From an uncultured Planctomycetaceae bacterium (GTDB taxonomy: Bacteria; Planctomycetota; Phycisphaerae; SM23-33): a DNA stretch of 64,000 nt. Below are positions 1-8,524 of this stretch, in pieces (within the stretch, counting starts at the first letter, position 1; every line of letters begins with the position of its first letter). The notes below the pieces were generated by a model. The model searched no databases. It worked only from the letters and a program-made list of their open reading frames with translations, and was not told the DNA's origin. The position numbers were made by a program, and so were the translations under genes. The stretch is from positions 16,381 through 80,380 of the forward strand of contig CAYRZU010000004.1 in assembly GCA_964428895.1 (NCBI GenBank), written 5' to 3'.

Positions 1-252
1 GTCCGCCGACTCGCGGACGATGCCGCTGAGCCGGTCGGCCGGGATCAGCGCCTCGCCCTCTTCTTCGATCTGCACGGCTGCGATCTGATACCGCGCCCCG
101 GCCTCGAGGTCGGTCGCGAGCATCGTCAGCACGTCGTCTTTGGCGATCAATTTGACGCACTGCAGCACAGGCTTGGGCGTGCGGGTGGCCACAATGCTAC
201 CGGCCAACGCCAACGCCTCCTGCAATGCGGCCGTCTGTGCGATGACTTTCAT
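1..252 (-). CDS. dnaN: DNA polymerase III beta subunit (sliding clamp), N-terminal fragment; gene runs off the window start
   Basis: The reverse complement of 1..252 translates from the ATG (complement at 250..252) as MKVIAQTAALQEALALAGSIVATRTPKPVLQCVKLIAKDDVLTMLATDLEAGARYQIAAVQIEEEGEALIPADRLSGIVRESAD. This fits the conserved DnaN N-terminal pattern (MKF..r..L...l..v......r...PiL.n.ll.a.d..l...aTDlE). It is absent from the ORF track because it is truncated by the window edge. Confidence 0.6.
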   Translation of the reverse strand, partial: MKVIAQTAALQEALALAGSIVATRTPKPVLQCVKLIAKDDVLTMLATDLEAGARYQIAAVQIEEEGEALIPADRLSGIVRESAD

Positions 253-453
253 CTCACGGGCCCTTCTGCTAGCAGAAACCTCAATATCTTGCGCTTTTGC
301 GCGAGAACTTGCCCAACTTATACGGCTCGCCCCAAAACGATGCAAGTTGCAAAACCCCCTCGCCCCGTCGCGAGCGCACAGATATCATGGCCGACCCCAA
401 GTCGGCCACGACGGCCGGCCCGAAAGCGCGTGTTTACACGGAGCGACCGAACA

Positions 454-2811
454 ATGGATCGATTTCACGGCATGGTCTTGCGGCAGCCCACCCACAGCCG
501 CTGGCAGGACGCCCTGCCGACCGGCAACGGCCGGATCGGCGCGATGGTGTACGGCAATATCTTCGACGAGAACATTCTGCTGAATCACGAAGACCTGTGG
601 CTGCGCGAAGATCCGCCCGAGTTGCCCAACGTCGCCAGCCGGCTGGGCGACCTGCGCCAACTGCTGGACGACGGCCAATACCTCGACGCTGAGAAATTTA
701 TCGGCGACCAGTTCGCCGCGGCCGACTACCACGGGAAGATCGATAGTTACCACCCCCTGGGCGATCTGATTGTCACCCAAAGCGGCCAAGGCGTCTTTGC
801 CGACTATCGGCGCGGCTTGGATTTCACCACCGGCGAAGTGTCTGTCACGTGGAAGTCGCAGGGCAGGCCCTTCAGTCGGAAGCTATTCGTCTCCCGCGCC
901 GACGACGTGGTCGTGCTGGCCTTCGATGGCCCTAAGAACGCCATCTGCTGCGACCTGCGTCTGCGCGAGCACGACAAAGCCGACACCAACGGCGACGTGC
1001 CGATCGACTACGTTGCCGGCGCCGAAGGTGACTTCATGACGCTGGCGGGCACGTACGACCGCGGCGGACACTTCGGGGCGGTGGCGCGCGTCGTGAAGAC
1101 CGGCGGAATGATCCAGGACGTCCTGATGACATGGGGCCAGGAGAAGGCACTTCATATTATGTCGGCCGACAGCGTGCTGGTGATGGTCAAGCTGTTCGCC
1201 AACGAGCCGGCCGGGCCCGCCATCGAGCGCCTCAAGGCGGAATTGGCCGAGTTGCCGGACAATTACGACGACCTGCTCGCCCGCCACCTGACGCTGCACC
1301 GGGAGATGTTCAGTCGTGTGCGCCTCGACTTGGACGCGCCCGGACAGTACGACACCAACGATCACCTGCTGGCCGAGGCCTACGAGGGCCACGTGCCCAC
1401 CACGCTGATCGAGCGCCTGTTCGATTACGGCCGATTCCTGCTGCTGTGCTCGTCGGCCCCGGGCGGCCTACCGGCCAACCTCCAGGGCGTCTGGAACGGT
1501 AGCTACAGCCCGCCCTGGTCGAGCGACTTCCACAATGATGAGAACATCCAGATGAACTACTGGCAGGCTTTGCCCGGCGGCCTGCCCGAGGCGACCGAGC
1601 CCTACTTCGATTACTACGAGCTCTTCCTGGACGATTTTCGGGCGAACGCCTCGAAGGTCTATGGCTGTCGGGGCATCTTCGTCCCAATCGCCCAGAGCAC
1701 GCACGGGCAGATGACGAGTATGCCCTACGGCAACTGGACGGCCGGCGCCGGCTGGATCGCTCAGCTCTATTGGGAGTACTGGCTGTTCACGGGCGATCGC
1801 AAGTTCCTGGCCGATCGCGTCGTGCCCTTCCTCAAAGAGACCGCCGAGTTCTACGAGGACTTCCTCTTCGAAGGCGAAGACGGCCAGCTCATCTTCAGCC
1901 CGTCAATGTCACCCGAGAACACGCCCAGCATTCCCGACTGCGGCATGGTGACCATCAACGCCACCATGGACGTCGCCATCGCCAAGGAAGTGCTCGGCAA
2001 CCTGTGCGGGGCCTGCGAAACGCTCGACATCGAGCCCGACGGCGTGGCCCGCTGGCGCGGCATGCTCGATAAGATGCCAGCCTACGAAGCCAACGAAGAC
2101 GGCGCCATTCGTGAATGGCTACACCCGGCCTTCCCTGATAACTACCACCACCGCCACCAATCGCACCTCTACCCGCTGTTCCCGGGCTTTGAAGTGACCG
2201 AAGAGACCGACCCGCAGATGTACGAGGCCTGTCGCGTGGCCGTCGAAAAGCGCCTGGTGATCGGCTTGACCAGCCAGACCGGTTGGTCGCTCTCGCACAT
2301 GGCCAACATCTACGCCCGCCTCGGCGAGGGGGACCGGGCCCTGGAGTGCCTGGAGATCCTCAGCCGTTCCTGCGTAGCCTGCAACTTGCTGACCTACCAC
2401 AACGATTGGCGCAAGCAGGGCCTCACGCTGCACTGGGGCGAGAGCTTCCCGCCGTACCAGATCGACGCCAACTTCGGCCTAACCGCAGCCATCATCGAAA
2501 TGCTGCTGTTCTCGACGCCCGAGATGCTCAAGCTCCTGCCCGCCCTGCCGACCAAATGGCCCACCGGCCAAATCAACGGCCTGCAAAGCCGCTGCGGCGT
2601 GGCTGTAGACATCCAATGGGACATGCAGGCCGGCACGCTCCGGGCAAGCCTGACCAGCCGTGAGGCTCAGACGGTCAGCGTTAAGTTCCCCTTCTCCCCG
2701 AGCCAACTGGATTGCGACGGCGGCGAAGCCGCCGATTCCGACCACGGCCCCGCGTATCGACAAATTGCCCTGCCGGCCGCGCAGACGGTGACGCTAACGG
2801 CAACGAGGTGA
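454..2811 (+). CDS. Glycoside hydrolase family 95 (alpha-L-fucosidase-like)
   Basis: ORF 289..2811; LPTGNGRIGAMVYG is the hallmark GH95 N-terminal motif and the size is appropriate. The conserved region begins at MDRFHGMVLRQ (ATG at 454), so the upstream 55 codons of the tracked ORF are probably not translated. I see no obvious signal peptide after that start. Confidence 0.75.
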   Translation: MDRFHGMVLRQPTHSRWQDALPTGNGRIGAMVYGNIFDENILLNHEDLWLREDPPELPNVASRLGDLRQLLDDGQYLDAEKFIGDQFAAADYHGKIDSYHPLGDLIVTQSGQGVFADYRRGLDFTTGEVSVTWKSQGRPFSRKLFVSRADDVVVLAFDGPKNAICCDLRLREHDKADTNGDVPIDYVAGAEGDFMTLAGTYDRGGHFGAVARVVKTGGMIQDVLMTWGQEKALHIMSADSVLVMVKLFANEPAGPAIERLKAELAELPDNYDDLLARHLTLHREMFSRVRLDLDAPGQYDTNDHLLAEAYEGHVPTTLIERLFDYGRFLLLCSSAPGGLPANLQGVWNGSYSPPWSSDFHNDENIQMNYWQALPGGLPEATEPYFDYYELFLDDFRANASKVYGCRGIFVPIAQSTHGQMTSMPYGNWTAGAGWIAQLYWEYWLFTGDRKFLADRVVPFLKETAEFYEDFLFEGEDGQLIFSPSMSPENTPSIPDCGMVTINATMDVAIAKEVLGNLCGACETLDIEPDGVARWRGMLDKMPAYEANEDGAIREWLHPAFPDNYHHRHQSHLYPLFPGFEVTEETDPQMYEACRVAVEKRLVIGLTSQTGWSLSHMANIYARLGEGDRALECLEILSRSCVACNLLTYHNDWRKQGLTLHWGESFPPYQIDANFGLTAAIIEMLLFSTPEMLKLLPALPTKWPTGQINGLQSRCGVAVDIQWDMQAGTLRASLTSREAQTVSVKFPFSPSQLDCDGGEAADSDHGPAYRQIALPAAQTVTLTATR

Positions 2812-2852
2812 AAAAGTGCTCTGCGCGAGCAATGAGTTGCTCGCCCCACATC

Positions 2853-3566
2853 CTAGCCGGTTCGTTTGCGCCGAAGCAGGGCCAGGCCTCCCATGCCCAG
2901 AAGGCCCATTGTGACCGGTTCGGGGACGTCGCGCACGACGAACCAATCGGCCGTAGTGAAGGTCTCTTCGTTGGCCAGAGGTCGTGTGCCCTGAACAGCC
3001 GGCCCGGAGATGATGTTGTTGCGCGCGATCGACGTTCCCGTGCTGCTGACATAATAGGCCTGCAGGCTGGAAAGGTATCGATTGCCCAGCCCGTCAAGGT
3101 CGGCGGTGCCCATGTTATTGAGTAAGAACGACGGGTCGAAATTGAAGCCGCCAAATAGCAGAATCAGATCCTTGAGCTCCTGGGCCAGGACGACATCCCC
3201 GGATCGCAGACTTGCAAGGGCGGGATGTTCACCGTAACCGCCCAAAACGCCGCCGAGCTGGAAGCTCGAGCCGTCGCTGAGGAAGCCGTCGTTCCAATAA
3301 TAGCCCGCCAGTGGGGCCGACAGGTGTCGACGCGTCATCGCATAGAACTCGGCGCGCGTGCCCGGTCGCCAATCGGTATGGCCGGCCACGCCGGCGGCGA
3401 GTTTGGCTTGAAGCTCCGAGTACTTCAGATTCCCCGCCTCCGCGAGCGTGAGATACTCCATCACGCCGTCGGTCAGAACGTTCGGGCCCGAGACCAGCAG
3501 CGCCGCCTCGGATATCCCGGAAGCAGCCAGGACGACCACGGCAACCACACAAATGACGGTGCGCAT
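2853..3566 (-). CDS. PEP-CTERM sorting-domain secreted protein
   Basis: N-terminal signal peptide MRTVICVVAVVVLAASGISEA. The C-terminus VPEPVTMGLLGMGGLALLRRKRTG has the PEP motif, a TM helix and an Arg-rich tail typical of exosortase substrates. A good SD (AAAGGAAG) lies upstream on the minus strand. Confidence 0.75.
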   Translation of the reverse strand: MRTVICVVAVVVLAASGISEAALLVSGPNVLTDGVMEYLTLAEAGNLKYSELQAKLAAGVAGHTDWRPGTRAEFYAMTRRHLSAPLAGYYWNDGFLSDGSSFQLGGVLGGYGEHPALASLRSGDVVLAQELKDLILLFGGFNFDPSFLLNNMGTADLDGLGNRYLSSLQAYYVSSTGTSIARNNIISGPAVQGTRPLANEETFTTADWFVVRDVPEPVTMGLLGMGGLALLRRKRTG

Positions 3567-3782
3567 ACGGATTCTTCCTTTCTCTAAGCGGGAGAACGAA
3601 CCGGCCTACGCCCTTGCCTTCCTTAGGTCGGCTATTTGTCCTCTCGCCCCCTAATTCAATCTGTCCTTTGAACTAGTCTAGACCGGCCCCACCATTTCCC
3701 AAGTGGACCCCTCGAGAAAACGACAGCCCCCCTATCGATGTTGTCTTCAACCTATCCCCCGTACAGGCCTTATCCAGCGCGG

Positions 3783-4874
3783 TTAGAACTCAACCATCTT
3801 GACGGCCTCTTGGGCGGCTTCGGCGTTGGGGACGTTTACGTTTAGGACGAAGTCCTTGAGCTTTTCGCCGAACTCGCGTTTGAGGGCGGGCAGGTTCTCC
3901 ATTGATGCGCCGATCAGCATGCGTTTGCCGGCGTCGACGGTCTTGTGGTACATGGGCCACCAGTGCGGATCGTCGCAGACCGGATCGTTTGGCCCGGGCA
4001 CCCATTGGAGGACGTCGAGGTTTTCGATTCCCAGCAGATGATCGTGATGGGGGATCTCGCCGGGCCCGTCCCAGTGGTACATGCTGTAATCGGTGTAACT
4101 CGACAGATCGTCGAGGACCGGGACCATGAACTCGCCGAACATGTCGGGTGAGATCATGGCCGAGAAGTCGCACTGCAGCTTGATCATCCGCCCCGGCGCC
4201 CACGCCCAGAAGCAGGAGCCGCCGGTCTCGTCCCTGACCAGGTCGTAGAACTTGTCGTAGACGGTCTTCCAGCAGGCGCTGATCTTGCCCAGGCAGTTGT
4301 GGACCCAATCGGGCCGTTCGACCAGATCAAACAACAGCGTCTGCGTGCCGCGCAGGCCGGCCAGCGTATCGAGGCCTTCGATCAGGTCGGGGAACTCCTG
4401 GAGGAACTTGCCCTCGCCCACGCGTTTGATCTCGTTGGCCAATCGCCAGGAGAAGTCCCAGTAGACGTTGTCGTCGCGGAGTTCGAAGACGGCGTCTTTG
4501 GGTTCTTCGAAGATCGGTTCGCACCAGACCGTGCCCTCTTCTTCCACCCCGCGCGAGCCCAGGAACAGGGCCAGCGCGTTGGGGGCGACTTCGGCGCCCG
4601 CTCGCGGCGGCGCGTCGATGAAGTACTGATAGATCTTCACACAGTGGATGGCGTAGCGGACGCGGTAGTCGAAATCCTGGATGGTGTAGTTAAGGCTGTT
4701 GACGCCCGACGGCGGGTCCAGCGGCGGGGTCGGTTCCAGGGGAGGGTCGGCGGCCGGGCCGTAGACTTGCATGGCCGGCCGGCCGATATCTTCACGATGC
4801 CACCAGGCCGCCATCCGCTGACGAAGGCCGTCCATGTCCGGTTGATAAAGCAATCCTGCCATTGTGTTGTCCAC
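3783..4874 (-). CDS. Hypothetical protein, possibly uroporphyrinogen-decarboxylase (URO-D)-like fold
   Basis: 363-aa ORF. Only weak pattern resemblance to the URO-D / MtaA family (LGIENLDVLQW, HWDG, C-terminal layout). Family assignment is tentative. Confidence 0.35.
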   Translation of the reverse strand: MDNTMAGLLYQPDMDGLRQRMAAWWHREDIGRPAMQVYGPAADPPLEPTPPLDPPSGVNSLNYTIQDFDYRVRYAIHCVKIYQYFIDAPPRAGAEVAPNALALFLGSRGVEEEGTVWCEPIFEEPKDAVFELRDDNVYWDFSWRLANEIKRVGEGKFLQEFPDLIEGLDTLAGLRGTQTLLFDLVERPDWVHNCLGKISACWKTVYDKFYDLVRDETGGSCFWAWAPGRMIKLQCDFSAMISPDMFGEFMVPVLDDLSSYTDYSMYHWDGPGEIPHHDHLLGIENLDVLQWVPGPNDPVCDDPHWWPMYHKTVDAGKRMLIGASMENLPALKREFGEKLKDFVLNVNVPNAEAAQEAVKMVEF

Positions 4875-4887
4875 GTTGCGCGAGCAA

Positions 4888-5685
4888 CTAGTTGCTCGCC
4901 CTACCGTCTTGGGGATGTTCGTCGTAATGCACGCACAACATGCTCAGGCCGCCCGGGGGGGCGGTCGGACCGGCGAGGGTGCGGTCGCGGGTGCTCAAGA
5001 CAAGATCGATTCGGTCCGGCTCCCAGTAGCCTCGGCCGATTTCGATCAGCGTGCCGATCAGGTTGCGGACCATGTTGTAGAGGAACCCGTCGCCTTGGAC
5101 GGCCACATGGACTTCCTTGCCCTGGCTGCTGACCTCGCAGCGGACAATCGTTCGCACGGTGTTCTCGCGCTGCTCGGCCGAGGTGGCCAGGCCCCGGAAA
5201 TCGTGCGTGCCGACTAGTCGCCACGCGGCGGCCCGCATGCGATCCACGTCCAGATCGTGGAACGGGTAGTGGTAGACCTGCTTGTGCAGCGCGACCGGCC
5301 GATCCGAGGCCACGTAGATGCGATAGCGGTAGGTCTTGCCTGTCGCCGATCGCGAGGCGTGGAAGTCCTCGGGAACTTCGACGGCCGATCGGAGGGAGAT
5401 ATCGCCCGGCAGGCGAGCCTGAATCGCTCGCCGCATGCCGACCAGCGGAATCGCCAGATTCGGCGTATGGAAGTTGGCGGTTTGGCCGGCGGCGTGAACA
5501 CCGGCGTCGGTGCGCCCGGCCCCGTGGAGCACCACCCGATGGCCCATCACGCCGGTGGCGACATCCTCGATCACTTGCTGAATGGTGGGCAGATCGTCGG
5601 TCTGTCTCTGCCACCCGTGGTAATTCGCACCGTTGTAGGCGATCACCAGTTTGATGTTGCGCGTGGGGGCGGCGTCGGAAGCCAT
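4888..5685 (-). CDS. truA: tRNA pseudouridine(38-40) synthase
   Basis: KLVIAYNGANYHGWQRQ, GRTDAGVHAAGQ and FLYNMVRNLIGT motifs are characteristic of TruA. 265 aa. Confidence 0.85.
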   Translation of the reverse strand: MASDAAPTRNIKLVIAYNGANYHGWQRQTDDLPTIQQVIEDVATGVMGHRVVLHGAGRTDAGVHAAGQTANFHTPNLAIPLVGMRRAIQARLPGDISLRSAVEVPEDFHASRSATGKTYRYRIYVASDRPVALHKQVYHYPFHDLDVDRMRAAAWRLVGTHDFRGLATSAEQRENTVRTIVRCEVSSQGKEVHVAVQGDGFLYNMVRNLIGTLIEIGRGYWEPDRIDLVLSTRDRTLAGPTAPPGGLSMLCVHYDEHPQDGRASN

Positions 5686-5689
5686 CGAC

Positions 5690-7354
5690 CTACTCCTGGG
5701 GGCGCCAGGTCTCGCTCGGCATGGGGACGCCCTCGATCACGACGTTGTCGAAGCTCGTGGGCGATCGCTTCGACGGCGACGACGTGATCAACTGAACGTC
5801 CAGCGAGCCGCCCAGCCGGGCGGCAGCCGATTCGGCCGGCCGATGAATGTAGATCACACGGTCGTTGACGGTCCAGGTGCACCCGCCCTCGCCGTCGGTC
5901 TCGAAGGTCATTCGGTACGGGCGGCCGCTGGCCAGCTTGTCATCGACGTCCTCATGGGTGTAATCAAAGACGCGGACCTGCACGCCCTCCGGGCCCTCGG
6001 CGTCGCGCGAGCGCGAGGTCGTCGCCAGTGACGCGTAGTATCCGCCGCGCGTGCGCTTCAGGCCCCACGGACGGAAGGCCAGCTCTACCCCGACCTGCCG
6101 GGCGGCCTCCCCCTGGAACGACACCATCAGCGGGCGATCCGCCCGGAACCGCAGCTTCAGCACCGCCGCCGACTCGCTGTTGCCGTAGCCGTCCTCACAG
6201 ACCACCTCCCCCTTCAGCCACTCCCACTCCCCCCGGCGGGTGTGCCAGTCCTTGTATTCGGCTTCGTCGTCGAAGGTGTAAATCAGCCGCACGCGCTCGT
6301 CACCGACGCGTTCGGACGCGCCGTGAAGGTCGGCCAGCGCCGCGGCGGTCGGCGCGCTCGGTGCGGTCGGTACGGCCCCCCGCAACTGCTCGAGGCGCAA
6401 CCGGAACGCTCGCGCCAAAGCGGCGCGAGTGGGGTCATCGGTGCTGTTGGCGGACACGTAATCACACAGGCGGCCGGCCACGGTGGCCACGCGCTGGCGC
6501 GGTCGGCCCTGGAGTTTCTGAGCCCATTCGGTCAGCACCACTACCGCGTTAAAGACCTCCCCAGCGGGAACGGTATCGCCCTCGGCAAAGCGCACCACCG
6601 CCGCCAGCGGCGCCGCCCGCGGGTCGGATGTCTCCGCCAAGTGCGTCGCGGCCGCCACGATGTTCCCATCCACCCCCATCACCGCTTCGGCCAAGGCGAT
6701 TCGGGCCATTTGGATGCTTGTCGGATTGGCCTCGGCCTCCGCGGCGGCCAAGGCGGCTTCAGCCTCGGTGATGATGGCCCGAGCTTTCTGGGCGTCTTGG
6801 ACGGCCTGGTCGGTGACGTCCGCCATCGCGACCAGATCGGTCAGTTCGTGGGTGCGGATCAGTTGGCGGGCAGCTTCAACGGCGTCGGCGGCCTCGGCGA
6901 GCTCCACCCGGGCTTTGGCGGCCATATTGGCTGCGGACGTGTACCGCCGCCCGGTAATGTCGTCCCGGTCGAGCCGATCCAGCCGCCAGTCGCGAATCTC
7001 CATCACGCGGTGCTCCTTGAGCGCGGGCGGATACCGGCGGATGCTCTCGGCTTGGGCCATCGCGCGGTGCGCCTGGGCCCCGGCGCGGCTGGACCCGCAA
7101 TGGGCCATCACGCGAACCGCGGTGTCGGCCAGGGCGAACCGCATCACATCGGTCTCGGCCCCGCTGATGGCCACCCCCAGCATCTCCTGGGCCAACGCGT
7201 TATCGTCGTTTTCGGTCTCCGAGGCCCAGGCCTGCTCGATTCGCAAGCGATAACGCTGCTGCACCTCGTCGTAGGCCTGATCGAGCTGGTCCGCCCGGGC
7301 CACGCCCGTCACGGCCAGGATCGCGATCGCACCGATGGCCCAGCGCATTGTCAT
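5690..7354 (-). CDS. Secreted hypothetical protein (Ala-rich helical region plus C-terminal beta-rich, possibly ConA/LamG-like, domain)
   Basis: Signal peptide MTMRWAIGAIAILAVTGVARA, then a long Ala/Glu-rich helical segment and a roughly 200-aa C-terminal domain. No confident family. Confidence 0.4.
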   Translation of the reverse strand: MTMRWAIGAIAILAVTGVARADQLDQAYDEVQQRYRLRIEQAWASETENDDNALAQEMLGVAISGAETDVMRFALADTAVRVMAHCGSSRAGAQAHRAMAQAESIRRYPPALKEHRVMEIRDWRLDRLDRDDITGRRYTSAANMAAKARVELAEAADAVEAARQLIRTHELTDLVAMADVTDQAVQDAQKARAIITEAEAALAAAEAEANPTSIQMARIALAEAVMGVDGNIVAAATHLAETSDPRAAPLAAVVRFAEGDTVPAGEVFNAVVVLTEWAQKLQGRPRQRVATVAGRLCDYVSANSTDDPTRAALARAFRLRLEQLRGAVPTAPSAPTAAALADLHGASERVGDERVRLIYTFDDEAEYKDWHTRRGEWEWLKGEVVCEDGYGNSESAAVLKLRFRADRPLMVSFQGEAARQVGVELAFRPWGLKRTRGGYYASLATTSRSRDAEGPEGVQVRVFDYTHEDVDDKLASGRPYRMTFETDGEGGCTWTVNDRVIYIHRPAESAAARLGGSLDVQLITSSPSKRSPTSFDNVVIEGVPMPSETWRPQE

Positions 7355-7396
7355 CGCAACTCCCCTGGCGACGCGGCGGGCGGGCCCGCGGCGTCC

Positions 7397-8395
7397 CTAA
7401 AGCATTTCGGCGATCTGAACGGCATTCAGCGCGGCGCCCTTGCGAATCTGGTCGCCGGCGACGAACAAGTCGATGCCCAACTGATCGTCCTGACTGATGT
7501 CCTGACGAATCCGCCCGACCAGCACGTCGTCCTGGTCGGTCGCGTCCAGCGGCATGGGGAAGTAGTTGGCGTCCCGGTCATCGACCAACGTGACGCCCGG
7601 GGCGCTGGCCAGGATCTCCCGGACCTGTTGCTCGGGCATGGGCTTTTCGAACTGCAGATTGATAGCCTCGCTGTGGGCCCGCATTACGGGCACGCGCACG
7701 CAGGTGGCCGTCACGCGAATGGCCGGGCAATGGAAGATCTTCTGGGTTTCCAGCACCATCTTCCGCTCTTCGGTATTGTACCCGTCTTCGCCGATGTTGC
7801 TGTTGTGGCTGAAGACATTGAAGGCGGCCTTATGGGGCAGCACTTTCGGCTCGAACGGCTCGCCGGCCAGGAACGCCTTGGCCCCAGCTTGCAGTTCGGC
7901 CATCGCGGCGGCACCGGCCCCGCTAGCGGATTGATAGGTGCTGACCACGATCCGTTTGATGGGGTTGATCCGGTGCAGGGGCCAAACCGGCACGTTCATA
8001 ATAATGGTCGAGCAATTCGGGTTGGCGATGACGCCGTTGTGTGTCTTGATGTCCTCGGGATTGACCTCGGGGACCACCAGCGGCACCTCGGGATCCATGC
8101 GGAAAGCGGACGTGTTGTCCACCACCACGGCGCCGGCAGCCACGGCGATCCGAGCGTATTTCTTGGAGAAGTCGCCACCCGCCGACGCCAGCACCAACTC
8201 TACGCCCTTGAAACTATCTTCGCCGAGCTCTTCGACGACCAGTTCTTCGCCGGCGTAGGTCAGCTTCTTGCCGGCCGACCGATGCGAGGCCAACAACTTC
8301 AGGCTCGCCAGCGGAAAGCTCCGCTGTTCGAGAATCCTCAGGAACTCGGTTCCCACGGCGCCCGTGGCGCCCATGATGGCGGTCTTCCAGGCCAT
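7397..8395 (-). CDS. asd: Aspartate-semialdehyde dehydrogenase
   Basis: MAWKTAIMGATGAVGTEFLRIL (NAD-binding GxxGxxG) and the catalytic-region sequence NPNCSTIIMNVPVWPLHR..STYQSASGAG indicate Asd. The tracked ORF (to 8563) carries a 56-codon non-homologous extension, so the start is placed at the ATG whose complement is at 8393..8395. Confidence 0.85.
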   Translation of the reverse strand: MAWKTAIMGATGAVGTEFLRILEQRSFPLASLKLLASHRSAGKKLTYAGEELVVEELGEDSFKGVELVLASAGGDFSKKYARIAVAAGAVVVDNTSAFRMDPEVPLVVPEVNPEDIKTHNGVIANPNCSTIIMNVPVWPLHRINPIKRIVVSTYQSASGAGAAAMAELQAGAKAFLAGEPFEPKVLPHKAAFNVFSHNSNIGEDGYNTEERKMVLETQKIFHCPAIRVTATCVRVPVMRAHSEAINLQFEKPMPEQQVREILASAPGVTLVDDRDANYFPMPLDATDQDDVLVGRIRQDISQDDQLGIDLFVAGDQIRKGAALNAVQIAEML

Positions 8396-8511
8396 GATGC
8401 CTCCAACGAAAGTTACTCGTAGGCCCGCCCGCCGCCGCGGACGGCATAGATCGCGAATCATAACACACGTCGCACCCCAAGCCAAGACCTGCCCCGGCGG
8501 CACCGTTGGGG

Positions 8512-8517
8512 TATAAT
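8512..8517 (+). promoter_or_regulatory. Candidate -10 box (TATAAT) 7 nt upstream of the alr ATG, suggesting a leaderless or near-leaderless alr transcript
   Basis: A perfect TATAAT at 8512..8517 in a GC-rich context; the ATG is at 8525. No convincing -35 box or SD is present. Confidence 0.35.
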
Positions 8518-8524
8518 CCCGGCC

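Noticed and set aside
140-789. Short overlapping ORFs at the window start (140..583, 297..692, 385..789).
   Set aside because: They are alternative-frame or antisense ORFs of the dnaN start, the divergent intergenic region and the GH95 5' end. None carries motifs.
6242-8422. A 726-aa ORF on the plus strand, and similar very long ORFs at 9810..12098 (+), 34719..36227 (-), 36431..38299 (-), 51293..52852 (-) and 25939..27003 (+).
   Set aside because: All lie antisense to well-supported genes (the secreted protein plus asd, the HtrA-like gene, groEL1, groEL2, the ychF-like gene and asnB). Their translations are Gly/Arg/Pro-rich low-complexity strings with no recognisable motifs. Long antisense ORFs are expected at this GC content.
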